Below, in pieces: positions 27,504-35,694 of a stretch of DNA of 64,000 nucleotides (position 1 is its first letter; each line of letters starts with the position of its first letter). The stretch comes from an uncultured Saprospiraceae bacterium (GTDB lineage Bacteria; Bacteroidota; Bacteroidia; Chitinophagales; Saprospiraceae). The translations under genes and the position numbers were made by a program. The notes under the pieces are model-generated. The model did not search any database. It worked only from the letters and a program-made list of their open reading frames with translations, and was not told the DNA's origin. Location of the stretch: NCBI GenBank assembly GCA_905480595.1, contig CAJQQY010000201.1, positions 1,482-65,481 on the forward strand. Direction: 5' to 3'.

Positions 27504-28301
27504 TTACTTCTCAACACCATTCGTATTCAACTCCGAAAGATAGGTTTCTAAGATTCCATTAAATTCTTCTGGCTTTTCCATCATAGGGGCATGTCCACAT
27601 TCATCGACAAAAAACAGCTTAGAATTTTCTATCAATTCATTAAATTTTTCTCCAACAAAGGCAGGAGTAACAACATCTTGTTTCCCCCAAATCAGAAGCG
27701 TTGGATTCTTAATCTGATGTAGTTTATCTCCTAAATTATGGCGAACAGCAGATTTAGCTGTAGCCACAATCCTAATCGCTTTATTTCGATCATTAACAAT
27801 ATCAAATACTTCATCAACTAACTCTTTAGAGGCTACCTCTGGGCTATGAAAAGTTGCTTCAACTTTGTTCTTTATAAATTCATAATTCCCACGTTTAGGA
27901 AAACTTGATCCAAAAGCACTCTCAAACAATCCAGAACTACCAGTAAGAATAACTGAACCTACATTTTCTGGATGAGCTAAAACATATAATAATGCTATAT
28001 GACCGCCCAACGAATTTCCAAGCAGATGAACTTTCTCATAACCTTTATACTCTATAAAATCATGTACATGTTCAACTAATGCACTAACCGAAACTTTCCT
28101 TATAGGAAGCTCTAAAATTGGTAACAAAGGAACTACGACATTATATTTATCTGAGAAATGATTTATTATTCCTTGGAAATTACTCAATGCTCCAAATAGA
28201 CCATGCAACAGTAGTAAAGTTTCTTCACCACCTTTAGTTTCTAAATATTGAAATTTATCGTCTTCAATTATTTCGTGACTCATTAATTTTATTTTATTCA
28301 A
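27504..28301 (-). CDS. Alpha/beta-fold hydrolase
   Basis: HGLFG oxyanion region, nucleophile elbow GNSLGG, and C-terminal ...CGHAPMME... with the catalytic His. Confidence 0.85.
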   Translation of the reverse strand: MNKIKLMSHEIIEDDKFQYLETKGGEETLLLLHGLFGALSNFQGIINHFSDKYNVVVPLLPILELPIRKVSVSALVEHVHDFIEYKGYEKVHLLGNSLGGHIALLYVLAHPENVGSVILTGSSGLFESAFGSSFPKRGNYEFIKNKVEATFHSPEVASKELVDEVFDIVNDRNKAIRIVATAKSAVRHNLGDKLHQIKNPTLLIWGKQDVVTPAFVGEKFNELIENSKLFFVDECGHAPMMEKPEEFNGILETYLSELNTNGVEK

Positions 28302-28546
28302 AAAAAGAAAGATACAAAAATCGGAGATTTAAAAATTAGATTTTTACAATCTAAATATCTGCAAAAATAACTTTTTATTTGTTCTAATAATAAATTACAA
28401 AAATGAATCCTCAATTATTATTTTTTTAACAAAAATTCTATTTGTTAATTATGAACAAGTTATAAAATAAATAAAAAACAATATGATTTTTACTTAATAG
28501 GTAACGTGTTGATTACTTATTAGTTTTACTTCATAAAAGATAGAAT

Positions 28547-28584
28547 TTATCCACATTTTTTATCAATTTTTAAATTTATCCACA
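28547..28584. promoter_or_regulatory. Two perfect DnaA boxes TTATCCACA (28547-28555, 28576-28584)
   Basis: Exact matches to the canonical 9-mer, 29 bp apart, in an AT-rich gap just 3' of ctaA. Confidence 0.55.
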
Positions 28585-28600
28585 TGCTTACCAACAGTTT

Positions 28601-29704
28601 TTATAAACGTTTTGCATTGAGCTGATAGTAGACAAAAAGAGTAGTTCCAAGCAACATCAAAGCACATGCTTGATGTGCTACACCAAGACCTATAGGAATA
28701 CTTCCTTTACAACTGATCACAGTCCAAATTCCTAGTAAAATTTGTATTATCAACATCGTTATCCACACTATGTTAGCTTTCACAAAAATGACATTCTCCT
28801 TTAGTTTTTTTGACTTAAAAAAGTAATAAAAACCTAATAAAATCAAAAGGTATGCAGCCCCACGATGTAATACTTGAACTAGTGCTGGAGTAAAGCCATG
28901 AGAATCGTAATTAACTAAGTTATCAACATTCCAATTACCACCATCCAAAACAACTTCAGGTACTACTTTTCCATTCATATCTGGCCAGGTTGGGTACTGC
29001 AATCCAGCCTTCATTCCTGACATCAAACCACCAAAAAATACTTGTGCCACAAGTACCACCAAAAAGGCTACCATTACCCTTTTCAACATCAAATTGTGAA
29101 TAACTTTTGGAGAAGGTTGAATTACTTTAAAAGTTGTCCACAATAAGTACCCAGCAAGTATAAAAGCAAGGGATAAATGCAGCGATAATTTGTATCCATT
29201 TACCCAAGGTCTATTGGTTAAACCGCTCGCTACCATAATCCATCCCATCGAAGCAACAATCATTGCTAAAAGAATAACAATACCCAAATCTTTAATTAAC
29301 GATTTAGGGAGCATCTTACGTGATAAAAAGATAAAAAAGGGAATGGCGAACACGAAACCCATTGTACGAGCCCATAATCGATGTAAATACTCCCAGAAGT
29401 AAATAAATTTGAATGTTCCAGCCTTAAATATAGATCCCATCTCCATTCCTTCATTAATCATTTCATACTGAGGTGTAGCTTTGTATAATTCAAATTCTGC
29501 TTCCCAAGCTGTTTTACTTATAGGAGGAATAGTTCCTGTAACTATATCCCACTTTGTGATGGACAAGCCTGAACCTGTTAACCGAGTTACCCCTCCAATC
29601 ACTACTTGCATAAAAACCATAAATAGACCAATACACAACCAAATTTTGACAATCCGAGCAATTTGATCATTCCGAGTATTATTTCCGTTTTTCTCTAAAT
29701 CCAT
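28601..29704 (-). CDS. ctaA: Heme A synthase (COX15/CtaA family)
   Basis: ...VIGGVTRLTGSGLSITKWD...GTIPP...W..EFELYK.TPQY... and WEYLHRL are CtaA/COX15 signatures. The protein has eight or so TM helices. Confidence 0.85.
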   Translation of the reverse strand: MDLEKNGNNTRNDQIARIVKIWLCIGLFMVFMQVVIGGVTRLTGSGLSITKWDIVTGTIPPISKTAWEAEFELYKATPQYEMINEGMEMGSIFKAGTFKFIYFWEYLHRLWARTMGFVFAIPFFIFLSRKMLPKSLIKDLGIVILLAMIVASMGWIMVASGLTNRPWVNGYKLSLHLSLAFILAGYLLWTTFKVIQPSPKVIHNLMLKRVMVAFLVVLVAQVFFGGLMSGMKAGLQYPTWPDMNGKVVPEVVLDGGNWNVDNLVNYDSHGFTPALVQVLHRGAAYLLILLGFYYFFKSKKLKENVIFVKANIVWITMLIIQILLGIWTVISCKGSIPIGLGVAHQACALMLLGTTLFVYYQLNAKRL

Positions 29705-29890
29705 TTTTTTCTTAAAATTTTATAAAACAAAAATTATAAATATATGTATCATCAAAAATACATTTGAATCATTTCACAAAAATAAATTGTTTTGTTTGTT
29801 TCTGTTTCTGTTTCTTCTTTTCTCTAATGTCCTTATTAATATTTATTATAAATTTTTCTTCAAAAGCCTTCATCATCAGGGGTGTTAGTT

Positions 29891-30166
29891 TGTAGATAAG
29901 ATTTTGCGTTTTTTTTATGTAAAGTCATTCTTAACCTTAAATTTTTATAAACTAACACTTACGTAACATATCAATTCATTCTAAATCAAACAGTTACAAA
30001 GTTATAAACAAGACGTGGATAAGTTATTCTATTGAAAACTTTTTGAAATTAACATTCCTAAAAGTCGGTAATCAATGTCTATATTTGGTGTGGCTATCCA
30101 CAAAAATCATGATTCTAACATTCTCTAAAATTGGCAATGTGAGTAATCTTTATAGGCTGTGGATAA
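29891..30166. promoter_or_regulatory. DnaA-box cluster: perfect TGTGGATAA (30158-30166) plus one-mismatch boxes at 29891-29899, 30014-30022 and 30094-30102
   Basis: Read directly: TGTAGATAA, CGTGGATAA, CTATCCACA and TGTGGATAA, inside a 747-bp AT-rich divergent intergenic region. Confidence 0.5.
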
Positions 30167-30451
30167 CTATTGTTATTTTAGACGTGGTTACACACATTCG
30201 ATGTTAAAAACTATTTTACATAACTAACTGATTCCTATCTAGTTATGCATGATGAAAAAAAGGCCATGTTGGTAACCATTTTCGGTTTTGTTTATTGAAA
30301 AAATACATTTGGTTTTGATTAGAAAATTATTGTTTCAATAAAAAAATATAGTAATACATTTACAAACTAATCCATTGTTCGAAGGAAGAAATTTTATTTC
30401 TGTTTTTTGTAAAAAAAAAATCTTTTGAATGATTTAAAACTAAACAAATAA

Positions 30452-31129
30452 ATGTGCGGTAGGTTTTCCTTTACATCGACAAAAGAAAAAGTAGAGCAAG
30501 CTTTGCAAATAACTTTAAGCCAAGAGCTACAAAAAAGTTATAACATTGCTCCTACACAAAGAGCTTATGTTGTTACCAATGAGCATCCGAAACATTTGCA
30601 AGCATATAATTGGGGACTGATTCCGCATTGGGCGGATGAAGCAAAATTGACAGGTAAATTAATAAATGCTCGATCTGAAAGTATTTCTTCCAAACCTTCA
30701 TTCCGTATTCCTATAAGACATAAAAGATGTTTGGTTTTGGCGGATAGTTTTTATGAATGGAAACCTTACGGAAAGAAAAAATTACCTTATCGAATCATGA
30801 TGAAAAATGAAGAGTTAATGGTAATGGCTGGAATTTGGGATATATGGAAACAAGGAAATGAAATATTCAAAACTTTCTCCATTCTCACAACTCTTCCAAA
30901 TAAGGAAATGGAAATGATACACAATCGTATGCCTGTAATTTTTGCGGAAAGGGAATTACAAAAAAAATGGTTAGAAGATATTCCCCTTCAAGAAGTATTG
31001 GGTATGATGCAAACGATAAAAGATAATTCCTTAAAGTTTTATCAAGTTTCAGATAAATTAAATTCGGTTGATGCGAATTCGGAAGACTTACATCATGAAG
31101 TTTTGTCGCCACCAACATTATTTGATTGA
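30452..31129 (+). CDS. SOS-response-associated peptidase (SRAP/YedK, abasic-site DNA-protein crosslink family)
   Basis: The N-terminus MCGRFS carries the catalytic Cys2. The ...NARSE... and ...FYEW... blocks are typical of DUF159/SRAP. Confidence 0.9.
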   Translation: MCGRFSFTSTKEKVEQALQITLSQELQKSYNIAPTQRAYVVTNEHPKHLQAYNWGLIPHWADEAKLTGKLINARSESISSKPSFRIPIRHKRCLVLADSFYEWKPYGKKKLPYRIMMKNEELMVMAGIWDIWKQGNEIFKTFSILTTLPNKEMEMIHNRMPVIFAERELQKKWLEDIPLQEVLGMMQTIKDNSLKFYQVSDKLNSVDANSEDLHHEVLSPPTLFD

Positions 31130-31170
31130 TACTATTATATATAAGGTGTAAAAAAATAAAAAACAAACTT

Positions 31171-31449
31171 ATGGATAAAGGAGATGATAATTTCTTTAAA
31201 AGAGCTGATGATCATATTAACCTATCAAATGATCAACTATCAGATGCAAGCATAGGAAAAGTGAGTGCATCCATGATGTATAGTGTAGCCAGATTCAATG
31301 CATGGTTTAGTGCATGTGAATTCACTAATGCAGAAGATATGGAAAATGGAAAACAAGAAACCATTAAATATTTTGTTGCTGAATATGAAAAAATGTTGAC
31401 TGAGAATATTGATGATTACATTAAGAACTTTGATAAATTCATGAAATAA
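31171..31449 (+). CDS. DUF3144-like small protein
   Basis: ...FFKRADDHINLSNDQLSDASIGKVSASMMYSVARFNAWFSA... resembles the DUF3144 family as I recall it. ATG at 31171 is preferred over the track start at 31126. Confidence 0.55.
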   Translation: MDKGDDNFFKRADDHINLSNDQLSDASIGKVSASMMYSVARFNAWFSACEFTNAEDMENGKQETIKYFVAEYEKMLTENIDDYIKNFDKFMK

Positions 31450-31479
31450 AAGTGATAGTTGAAAAGGGTAAAATATCAA

Positions 31480-32205
31480 ATGAGAATTAAAGAAATTTTA
31501 AATCACACAGATCACCGATCTTGGAAAATCCCAAACCAAAATTGGCGATTTTATCAAGAATGGAATCGAGCCATTTTTTTGCATTGGCAAGTTGATTTAG
31601 TTGATTTGGAAAAATTTGTTCCAGAGGAAATTGAGATTGATTTATTCGATGGAAAACCTTGGGTATCGTTAGTCGCATTTACGATGGAAAAAATTCGACC
31701 AAGATATTTACCTTGTTTTTCTCCAATTTCAAATTTTGATGAAATCAATATTCGAACGTATGTAAAATCAAAAAACAAAACGGGAGTTTATTTTTTAAGT
31801 ATTGAAGGAGGAAAAAAGTTGTCATGCAAAGTGTCAAAAATGGTTTCAGAGTTACCTTATCGTTTTTCTGAAATGAAAAGAACTTCTAATCAATATTCAT
31901 CCAACAATTTTGAATTTGAAGATGAATTTAATATTGAATTTTCCATTGGAAAAAACATGAGTGAGAAGTCAAAATTGGATGAATGGTTGACAGAAAGATA
32001 TGCCCTTTTTCAAGACACGAAAACTACAATTAATGAATTTGAAATTCATCATTTGGAATGGGAGATAAAGGAATTAGATGTTGAAAAATTAAAAGTAAAT
32101 TACCCACGGTTTAAAAAAATAATAAACGAGAACCCTGATAAAATACAATACTCAGATGGAGTGCAAGTATTGGCTTGGGGAAAGGAGAGAAATAAAAGAA
32201 TATAA
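31480..32205 (+). CDS. DUF2071-family protein (YqjF-like)
   Basis: ...WRFYQEWNRAIFLHWQVDLVDLEKFVPEEIEIDLFDGKPWVSLVAFTME... matches the DUF2071 N-terminal pattern. The ATG at 31480 is preferred. Confidence 0.6.
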   Translation: MRIKEILNHTDHRSWKIPNQNWRFYQEWNRAIFLHWQVDLVDLEKFVPEEIEIDLFDGKPWVSLVAFTMEKIRPRYLPCFSPISNFDEINIRTYVKSKNKTGVYFLSIEGGKKLSCKVSKMVSELPYRFSEMKRTSNQYSSNNFEFEDEFNIEFSIGKNMSEKSKLDEWLTERYALFQDTKTTINEFEIHHLEWEIKELDVEKLKVNYPRFKKIINENPDKIQYSDGVQVLAWGKERNKRI

Positions 32206-32211
32206 AAATAA

Positions 32212-32664
32212 ATGAAAGTTGTCATCCAAAGAGTTACCGAGGCATCGGTAACAATCAATCAAATAGTAAAATCAAAAATTAAAAAAGGATATCTAATTTT
32301 GCTCGGCATAGAAGATGAAGATACTCAAGAAGATATCAAATGGCTCTGCAATAAAATTGGTAACCTCCGAATTTTTGATGATGAAAATGGAGTGATGAAT
32401 CGTTCTATAAAAGATGTGGAAGGCTCTATAATTGTAGTCAGCCAATTCACTTTACATGCCAGTACAAAAAAAGGAAATCGTCCATCGTACTTAAAAGCAT
32501 CAAAACCAGATGTTGCCATTCCGCTTTATGAAAAATTTGTAGAAGAGTTAAAAATCACTTCCGCGCTCGATGTTCAAACTGGAGAATTTGGAGCAGACAT
32601 GAAAGTCCAATTACTCAATGACGGACCAGTCACCATTATAATCGATTCAAAAAATAAGGAATAA
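32212..32664 (+). CDS. dtd: D-aminoacyl-tRNA deacylase
   Basis: MKVVIQRV...ASV..., SQFTLHA and GPVTIIIDS motifs; 150 aa. Confidence 0.9.
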   Translation: MKVVIQRVTEASVTINQIVKSKIKKGYLILLGIEDEDTQEDIKWLCNKIGNLRIFDDENGVMNRSIKDVEGSIIVVSQFTLHASTKKGNRPSYLKASKPDVAIPLYEKFVEELKITSALDVQTGEFGADMKVQLLNDGPVTIIIDSKNKE

Positions 32665-32667
32665 AGA

Positions 32668-34119
32668 ATGGTATTTAGTAGTACAATATTTCTTGTTTAT
32701 TTCCTTCCGTTTTTTCTAATTACTTATTGGCTAACGCCGCAGAAATTTAGAAATATAACTGCTTTGTTTTGGAGTATTTTGTTCTATGCCTGGGGTGCTC
32801 CGAAATTTATATTTGTACTTTTTGGAAGCATTGTGATTGATTTTTTTATAGCAAAAAAAATACACGAGTCAGATAGTTTTTTGAGAAAAAGATATTTGTT
32901 GATGTCAATGGTTCTAAATGTAGGACTATTGTTATATTTTAAGTATGCAAACTTCTTTGTCGAGAATGCAAATGTATTGTTAGAAAGCTTAGGGATGACT
33001 GGTGCACATTGGACGAAACTAGCGTTGCCGATTGGAATATCATTTTTTACGTTTCAAAAAATAAGTTACATCGTAGATGTCTTTCGAGGGAAAAATGAAC
33101 CACTCAAGAAACTCTCAGATTTGGCGTTGTACATTATTCTTTTCCCTCAACTCATTGCCGGTCCAATCGTTCGTTATTCAGAAATAAAAGATCAATTACA
33201 AAATCGAATTGCTAATGAAAATATTGACAATCGACTTAATGGACTTTTTCGTTTCAGTATCGGTCTCGCTAAAAAAATGCTCATCGCTAATCAAATGAGC
33301 GAACTCGCAGATAACATTTTTAGCATTCCTGCTGAGTCACTCACTATGGCACAAGCTTGGCTCGGTTCTCTCGCCTACGCTTTTCAAATTTATTTCGATT
33401 TTTCCGGATATTCAGATATGGCGATTGGTTTGGGTTTGATGATGGGATTCAGATTTCCTGAGAATTTTAATGCACCTTATATTTCACAAAGCATTTCAGA
33501 ATTTTGGAGGCGCTGGCATATTACGTTGAGTAATTGGATGCGGGATTATTTATACATTCCACTTGGAGGTAACAGAGTAAAAAGCAAAATAAGGTTATAT
33601 TTTAATTTATGGGTCGTGTTTTTGATTTCAGGATTTTGGCATGGAGCAGCTTGGACTTTTATTGCTTGGGGAGTTTTTCACGGAGTCTTTTTAATTTTAG
33701 ATAGATTGTTTTTATTGCGATTTTATCGAATGATTGGAAAACCTTTGAGCATTATAATCACCTTTATAATTACATTAGTTGGTTGGGTTATTTTTCGAGC
33801 AGAAACATTTCCTCAAGCGTTGAGTTACATTGCGACGATGTTTGATTTTGGAAATATGGACTTAACAATATCAACAACTCAAGGAACTTATGATTGGTTT
33901 ATCGAACAAAGATTTTTAACCATTTTTGGAGTTGCGTCATTCTTTAGTTTTTTACCAACGATTAAATTTTTTGAAAAAAATATGAATCCATTTTTTGGAA
34001 CACAAGGTGAAAAAGACTTTATTTTCTTAAAGTCAATTCTTGCAATTGTATTGTTATATATATGTATGACTGAAGTGATTTCGACAGGAGTAAATCCATT
34101 TATTTATTATCGATTCTAA
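32668..34119 (+). CDS. MBOAT-family membrane O-acyltransferase (AlgI/DltB/PatA-like)
   Basis: Multi-TM protein, 483 aa, with ...FWRRWHITLSNWMRDYLYIPLGGNR... containing the conserved MBOAT His region. Confidence 0.9.
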   Translation: MVFSSTIFLVYFLPFFLITYWLTPQKFRNITALFWSILFYAWGAPKFIFVLFGSIVIDFFIAKKIHESDSFLRKRYLLMSMVLNVGLLLYFKYANFFVENANVLLESLGMTGAHWTKLALPIGISFFTFQKISYIVDVFRGKNEPLKKLSDLALYIILFPQLIAGPIVRYSEIKDQLQNRIANENIDNRLNGLFRFSIGLAKKMLIANQMSELADNIFSIPAESLTMAQAWLGSLAYAFQIYFDFSGYSDMAIGLGLMMGFRFPENFNAPYISQSISEFWRRWHITLSNWMRDYLYIPLGGNRVKSKIRLYFNLWVVFLISGFWHGAAWTFIAWGVFHGVFLILDRLFLLRFYRMIGKPLSIIITFIITLVGWVIFRAETFPQALSYIATMFDFGNMDLTISTTQGTYDWFIEQRFLTIFGVASFFSFLPTIKFFEKNMNPFFGTQGEKDFIFLKSILAIVLLYICMTEVISTGVNPFIYYRF

Positions 34120-34168
34120 AAACTAGAAATTTATCAAAAGCATTTTTAAAAATATTATTCTTTTTGCA

Positions 34169-35320
34169 TTGTTGTTTTTAATCTTTATTCCATTTTTAAG
34201 ACAACATACTAATATCCTTCAAAATAAATTTGTAGCAGATGATTTACGAGGTTATTTTCCTCCCGTAGATTCTGCACATCTTTCTTTACAAAATTGGATG
34301 GATGGAAAATATCAAAATCAGCAAGAGGAATTTTTAAAAAGAGATTTAAAAATCCGACCCTACGCAGTTCGAGTAAATAATCAATTGCATTATGATCTTT
34401 TAGGTGAAACCAGAAGTACAATCGTGGAAGGAAAAGATGATTATCTTTTTGAAGCGATGTATATTCGGTCATTGCAAGGTTTAGATTTTATTGGAACGAA
34501 AAAGATAGAAGAGCAAGTTGAAAAATTAAAAGTAGTTTCTGATTTTCTAAAAAAAGAAAATGATGTCGATATCATCATTACGATAGCATTAGATAAGGCA
34601 AGATTTTTAAAAGAAAAATTACCAGAGCAATATGATTTGGAAAATGTTGACTCAACGAATTATGAAACATATTTGCATTATTTTGAAAAAAATAATTTTC
34701 ATGTTTTAGATTTTAATCAATATTTCTTGGATCAAAAAGAAAATACGGAACATACTTTCGCAACTAAGCAAGGAGTGCATTGGAGTTTGTACGGAGGACT
34801 ACTAGCAGCTGACTCAATTCAAAGTTATATTGGAAAATTAAAGGGAAAAGAAAATGAAATAAATCATTTGAATAAAAGTGAAATTACAAAAACGACAGAA
34901 GCCCGAAAGGAAGATGACGACATCGGACAAAGTATCAATATGTATTATCCTTTGGAGGCAGATACTTTTTCATATTTTGAAAATTATTTAGTTCAGCCCA
35001 AAAATCAGAAACCTTATAAACCAAATGTTGCATTAGTCGGAGACAGTTTTTGTTGGACTATTTGGGGACAAGATATTCCACATTATTATTGGGGAGATAG
35101 TAGTTTATTTTTGTATTACTATCGAGAGATTTATGATTTGAAATGGACGGAATTAAATGGAACTCGATTAATGGATGAACAGAAACTTCCTTTTGCGAAA
35201 AAGCAGGATGTAATTGTATTGTTGTATACTCCGATGAATATGAATGACTTAGGAAGTGGTTTTATTGATGAAACTTATGATTTGATTTTTTCAGAAAAAG
35301 AAAATAAAGATGACAATTAA
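34169..35320 (+). CDS. Membrane-anchored partner of the MBOAT protein, possibly an AlgJ/AlgX (DHHW)-type acyl-transfer domain
   Basis: Lies immediately downstream of the MBOAT gene. The frame is open from 34127 and encodes a TM anchor (NIILFALLFLIFIPF), but the only start there is TTG. TKQGVHWSLYGG weakly recalls the D-x-H-W-S/T block of AlgJ/AlgX. Confidence 0.5.
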   Translation: MLFLIFIPFLRQHTNILQNKFVADDLRGYFPPVDSAHLSLQNWMDGKYQNQQEEFLKRDLKIRPYAVRVNNQLHYDLLGETRSTIVEGKDDYLFEAMYIRSLQGLDFIGTKKIEEQVEKLKVVSDFLKKENDVDIIITIALDKARFLKEKLPEQYDLENVDSTNYETYLHYFEKNNFHVLDFNQYFLDQKENTEHTFATKQGVHWSLYGGLLAADSIQSYIGKLKGKENEINHLNKSEITKTTEARKEDDDIGQSINMYYPLEADTFSYFENYLVQPKNQKPYKPNVALVGDSFCWTIWGQDIPHYYWGDSSLFLYYYREIYDLKWTELNGTRLMDEQKLPFAKKQDVIVLLYTPMNMNDLGSGFIDETYDLIFSEKENKDDN

Positions 35321-35648
35321 AGAAGCGCAAAATACTGTTGACAATTGGATTAAAACTATCGGGATTCGTTATTATAATGAATTGACTAATACGGCTGTTT
35401 TGATGGAAGAGGTTGGGGAAATGTCAAGATTGATGGCTCGAATCTATGGAGAACAATCTTTTAAAAAAAAGGAAGATGAATTGACCGCAAATGATGACTT
35501 GGCTGGTGAAATGGCTGATGTTTTATTTGTACTAATTTGTTTGGCGAATCAAACTGGAATTGATTTGACAGAAGCGTTAGAGAAAAGTTTAGATAAAAAA
35601 ACGAAACGAGATAAGGATCGACATGCGAATAATAAAAAATTAAAGTAA
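35310..35648 (+). CDS. MazG-like nucleotide pyrophosphohydrolase (small all-alpha NTP-PPase)
   Basis: ...LMEEVGEMSRL...EMADVLFVLICLANQTGIDL... are the EExxE/D metal-binding helices of MazG-type proteins. The gene overlaps the upstream gene by 11 nt. Confidence 0.8.
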   Translation: MTIKEAQNTVDNWIKTIGIRYYNELTNTAVLMEEVGEMSRLMARIYGEQSFKKKEDELTANDDLAGEMADVLFVLICLANQTGIDLTEALEKSLDKKTKRDKDRHANNKKLK

Positions 35649-35669
35649 AACGATTCTACGAATCGTTTT
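35647..35669. terminator. Hairpin between convergent genes (AAAACGATTC / GAATCGTTTT)
   Basis: 10-bp perfect stem with a 3-nt loop, overlapping the MazG-like stop codon. Confidence 0.5.
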
Positions 35670-35694
35670 ACTTTAAACGACTTGGAAAGTCATT

